This document shows positions 61,370 through 64,000 of a stretch of DNA of 64,000 nucleotides, in pieces. The position numbers were made by a program, and so were the translations under genes. The DNA is from an uncultured virus (IMG/VR IMGVR_UViG_3300002498_000029) (Duplodnaviria > Heunggongvirae > Uroviricota > Caudoviricetes). The notes under the pieces are model-generated. The model saw nothing but the letters and a program-made list of their open reading frames with translations, was not told the origin of the DNA and made no database searches. The first letter of the stretch is position 1. Each line of letters opens with the position of its first letter. The stretch lies in the IMG/VR virus record IMGVR_UViG_3300002498_000029. The stretch is one strand, 5' to 3'.

Positions 61370-64000
61370 ATGCAAAAAAACGATAAATACATTGTAGACA
61401 TAAAAACATATGATAAATCACTAACGGATAGTGGTTCATTTCCATATACTCATGGTTTAACTACATAGTAGTCTGCTAGAGTAGTAGCTAAAATGAAACT
61501 AGAAGATGATACCTTTATTAATATTAGTGGATCACAATAGTTAGTACCAGCTAATGGATCATTAGTAAGAGTATTATCATTTGATTTTGAACCACATAAA
61601 GGTTATGATACTATTTTAACTATGAATGATTATGATACAGGTTCTGGTAATATGTATAGTAGTAGAGTTATAAAATATTAGTATGGATCAATAAATGTTT
61701 ATAATTAGAATAATATTAGATTAACTTCTAGTATATTATCATATACTTATGGTAGATAGGATTCTAATACTATTCCATTAAATACTAGAGGTAATTGTTA
61801 TGTTTAGTTAGATACATTATTTAGTGTTAAAGGTAATATTATATTAGGAACTACTTCTAGTAATTATAGTATTAGATCATTAAGAGGATTTAATGTCAAT
61901 TTTAGTTATAGTGGTAGCACAGATAGAACTAACTTTATGAGGTAGTTGTCATATTTAAATGATATTAAATCAACTTGATCTTATTCATAGTTATGCCAAT
62001 TTAGTTGGGGTATGTATTATGGTAGAGTAATAACTGATCCTAGTGCTAGTGTATAGACTGGCAGTGCAAGATTATTATACAATCAAATTTAGAATTTAGA
62101 CTTAATACCATATACTAAATTTTTATGGTATGGTTAGGCTGGTACAGTTGTTAGTCAAAGTAGAGTTAGTAAAATATATAGTATAAATACTGGTAGTGTA
62201 GTAGACGGTACAAGTTCTGGTATTTATAGACCATATTATGCTGGTACTATTGCTCCAATTTAGAAAAATAATTTATTAGTAGACTATTCTTCATCTCAAT
62301 ATTATTATATAAGTCATTCAAATATATCATTTGGAACTACTTCTCCTTGAACATTAGTTTCAGTTATTGGTTGACATGGACCTAAAGTATATAATGCTAA
62401 TGGAGTATAGACCCAATTAGTATATGGTAATAATGGTTCAGCAATAAATTTATCAGTATCTGGTAGTACCAAAATTCAAATATCATCATCAACAGTAAAT
62501 AGATAGTTTTTAACTAATACTTCTATTAAGAATTATCTTGCAACTAGAGCTATGATAGCAATTACATATGCTGGTGATGTGAGTGGATCTACTACTACTT
62601 ATTTTAATGGAGTTAGCCAATCAGTATCTACAGGTTCTAGATATGCTTTTGACTTTAGTGGATTCTTAAGTGGAACAGGTACTAGTACTAATAATTATTT
62701 AGGTAGATATTATTATCACCATATTATTAGTAAATCTTTATCACAAGATGAAATAACTGCTCATTATAATGTACTTAGATCATATTATCCTTAGATTTAG
62801 TCAGTAAATATAACTACTCAAAGTTGATCAACTCATAATTTAGGTGTAGTTTCAGATAGAAGCGGAAGTGTTATAAATAATGTTAATTGAACAAGTTCTG
62901 TAGTTACTAGCGGAGTATGTAGTTCATCACTATTTGACGATTCTGATTTATATACATAGTCTGGAACAACATAGGTAATTGATGGTATTGGTTATTTTAC
63001 AGCGTCAAATAATACATATATTACAAAATCATATACTGGTCATTCATTATTGAATAATTATTATTTATTATCAGCTAAATGTTAGTCGTGAGATACTGGT
63101 TCTGCAAAATTTATAATAGGAACAGTTTCATCATCTATATTTGTACCAACTGCTAGTAATATACATTCATATTATATAAAAGCTAATACTGCTAATAGTT
63201 CATTTGGTATTGGTGGTGTAGATTATTTAAGCGGATCATTTAGCAGTATGTCAATATCAAGAATAGGCTGAAACGACATAGGTAACTTATACTCATACTT
63301 AATAACAACAGGTTCATACACTCACTATGATGCTTTAAAATAGTGTGCAGCTTGAAGATATTATAATGATGATGCAAATACCTATGCATTATATGGTAAA
63401 CTATATAATAAATATGCTAAAATGTTAATCTAGTCCTACCCACCATTATGTACATCTCCTACTTCAGCATCATATGTACCTATGTATCAAATACCATTAT
63501 TAGATGGTACTGGTATAAATACTTTAAAAACATATTCAGGTTCAACATTAAGAGTATCAAATTCACTATACTGATCTTCATCAATAAATGATACTAATAC
63601 TACAGGATTATCTTTAATTGGATCAGGATGATGTGATGCTACTGGATCATTTAGACATGCTACTCAAAGATGTTACTTATGATCAAGAAATGTAACTTCA
63701 TCAACATATTTGCCCATAACTTCATCAATAGGATAGAATAGACCATATATAATTTGAAGAAGTTCTAGTTTTATTACTGATGGAGATGATTCAACAACTT
63801 AGGGATATGCTATAAGATTAGTAGATACAGGTATAGATTATAATATAATAAATAATTATACTAGTAGTTAGTGTAAAGATAAATTAAATAGAATAACATA
63901 TGATATAGAGGGTTTAACTGCTAGCTTAATGACTTATTATAATAGTAGTGTAAATGGATCAATTATACCAACATAGATAAACTTTAGGAACTTTAGTAGT
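61370..64000 (+). CDS. Large protein with LamG-like and FISUMP (Fibrobacter succinogenes major paralogous)-like domains, 3' partial
   Basis: QS(TGA)STHNL...AA(TGA)RYYNDD..TYALYGKLYN.YA...GLSLIGSG...G.F...YL(TGA)S...GYAIRLV. Confidence 0.75.

Noticed and set aside
1..64000. Massive pseudogenisation or non-coding DNA, as the sparse ORF track suggests
   Set aside because: Interruptions are only TAG/TGA, with no frameshifts or internal TAA in the frames read; catalytic motifs are intact and genes abut tightly.
1..64000. Eukaryotic origin (Blastocrithidia table 31 or peritrich ciliate table 30)
   Set aside because: TAA acts as a consistent stop; Shine-Dalgarno sites, operon-like overlaps and baseplate genes indicate a bacteriophage.
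1..64000. Suppressor tRNA or other RNA genes
   Set aside because: No cloverleaf or T-loop-like GC-rich intergenic segment was recognised by eye; gaps are short and AT-rich. A covariance search is still needed.

Overview
A very AT-rich 64 kb segment of a large tailed (myovirus-like) bacteriophage genome, densely coding and essentially all on the + strand. The supplied ORF track looks almost empty because the genome does not use the standard code. Read by eye, long genes run through many in-frame TAG and TGA codons and end only at TAA. Conserved catalytic motifs and codon swaps between paralogs indicate TAG=Glu (not Gln) and TGA=Trp, i.e. two stop codons reassigned at once. Under that code the window contains, in order: a glycosyltransferase/methyltransferase/UDP-glucose dehydrogenase cluster; a block of small accessory genes, several of which avoid both recoded codons and lie near a repeated AATTGTGATAA-N16-TATAAT promoter; Hsp20, a lytic transglycosylase, an HD protein and a late sigma-like factor; a baseplate spike, gp25, a primase and an SbcD-SbcC fusion; gp6-like and other tail/baseplate genes; a Holliday junction resolvase; four tandem tail-associated paralogs; Fn3/subtilase-like/FISUMP adhesin-type proteins; and about 17 genes sharing an MKKSELKQLIKE or MIKLKQLILE leader, including four putative ADP-ribosyltransferase-fold paralogs and a zeta-like kinase. 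No tRNA, release factor or CRISPR array was seen. All translations and family calls are manual motif recognition without database searches; start codons are best estimates, and not every long ORF was checked codon by codon.
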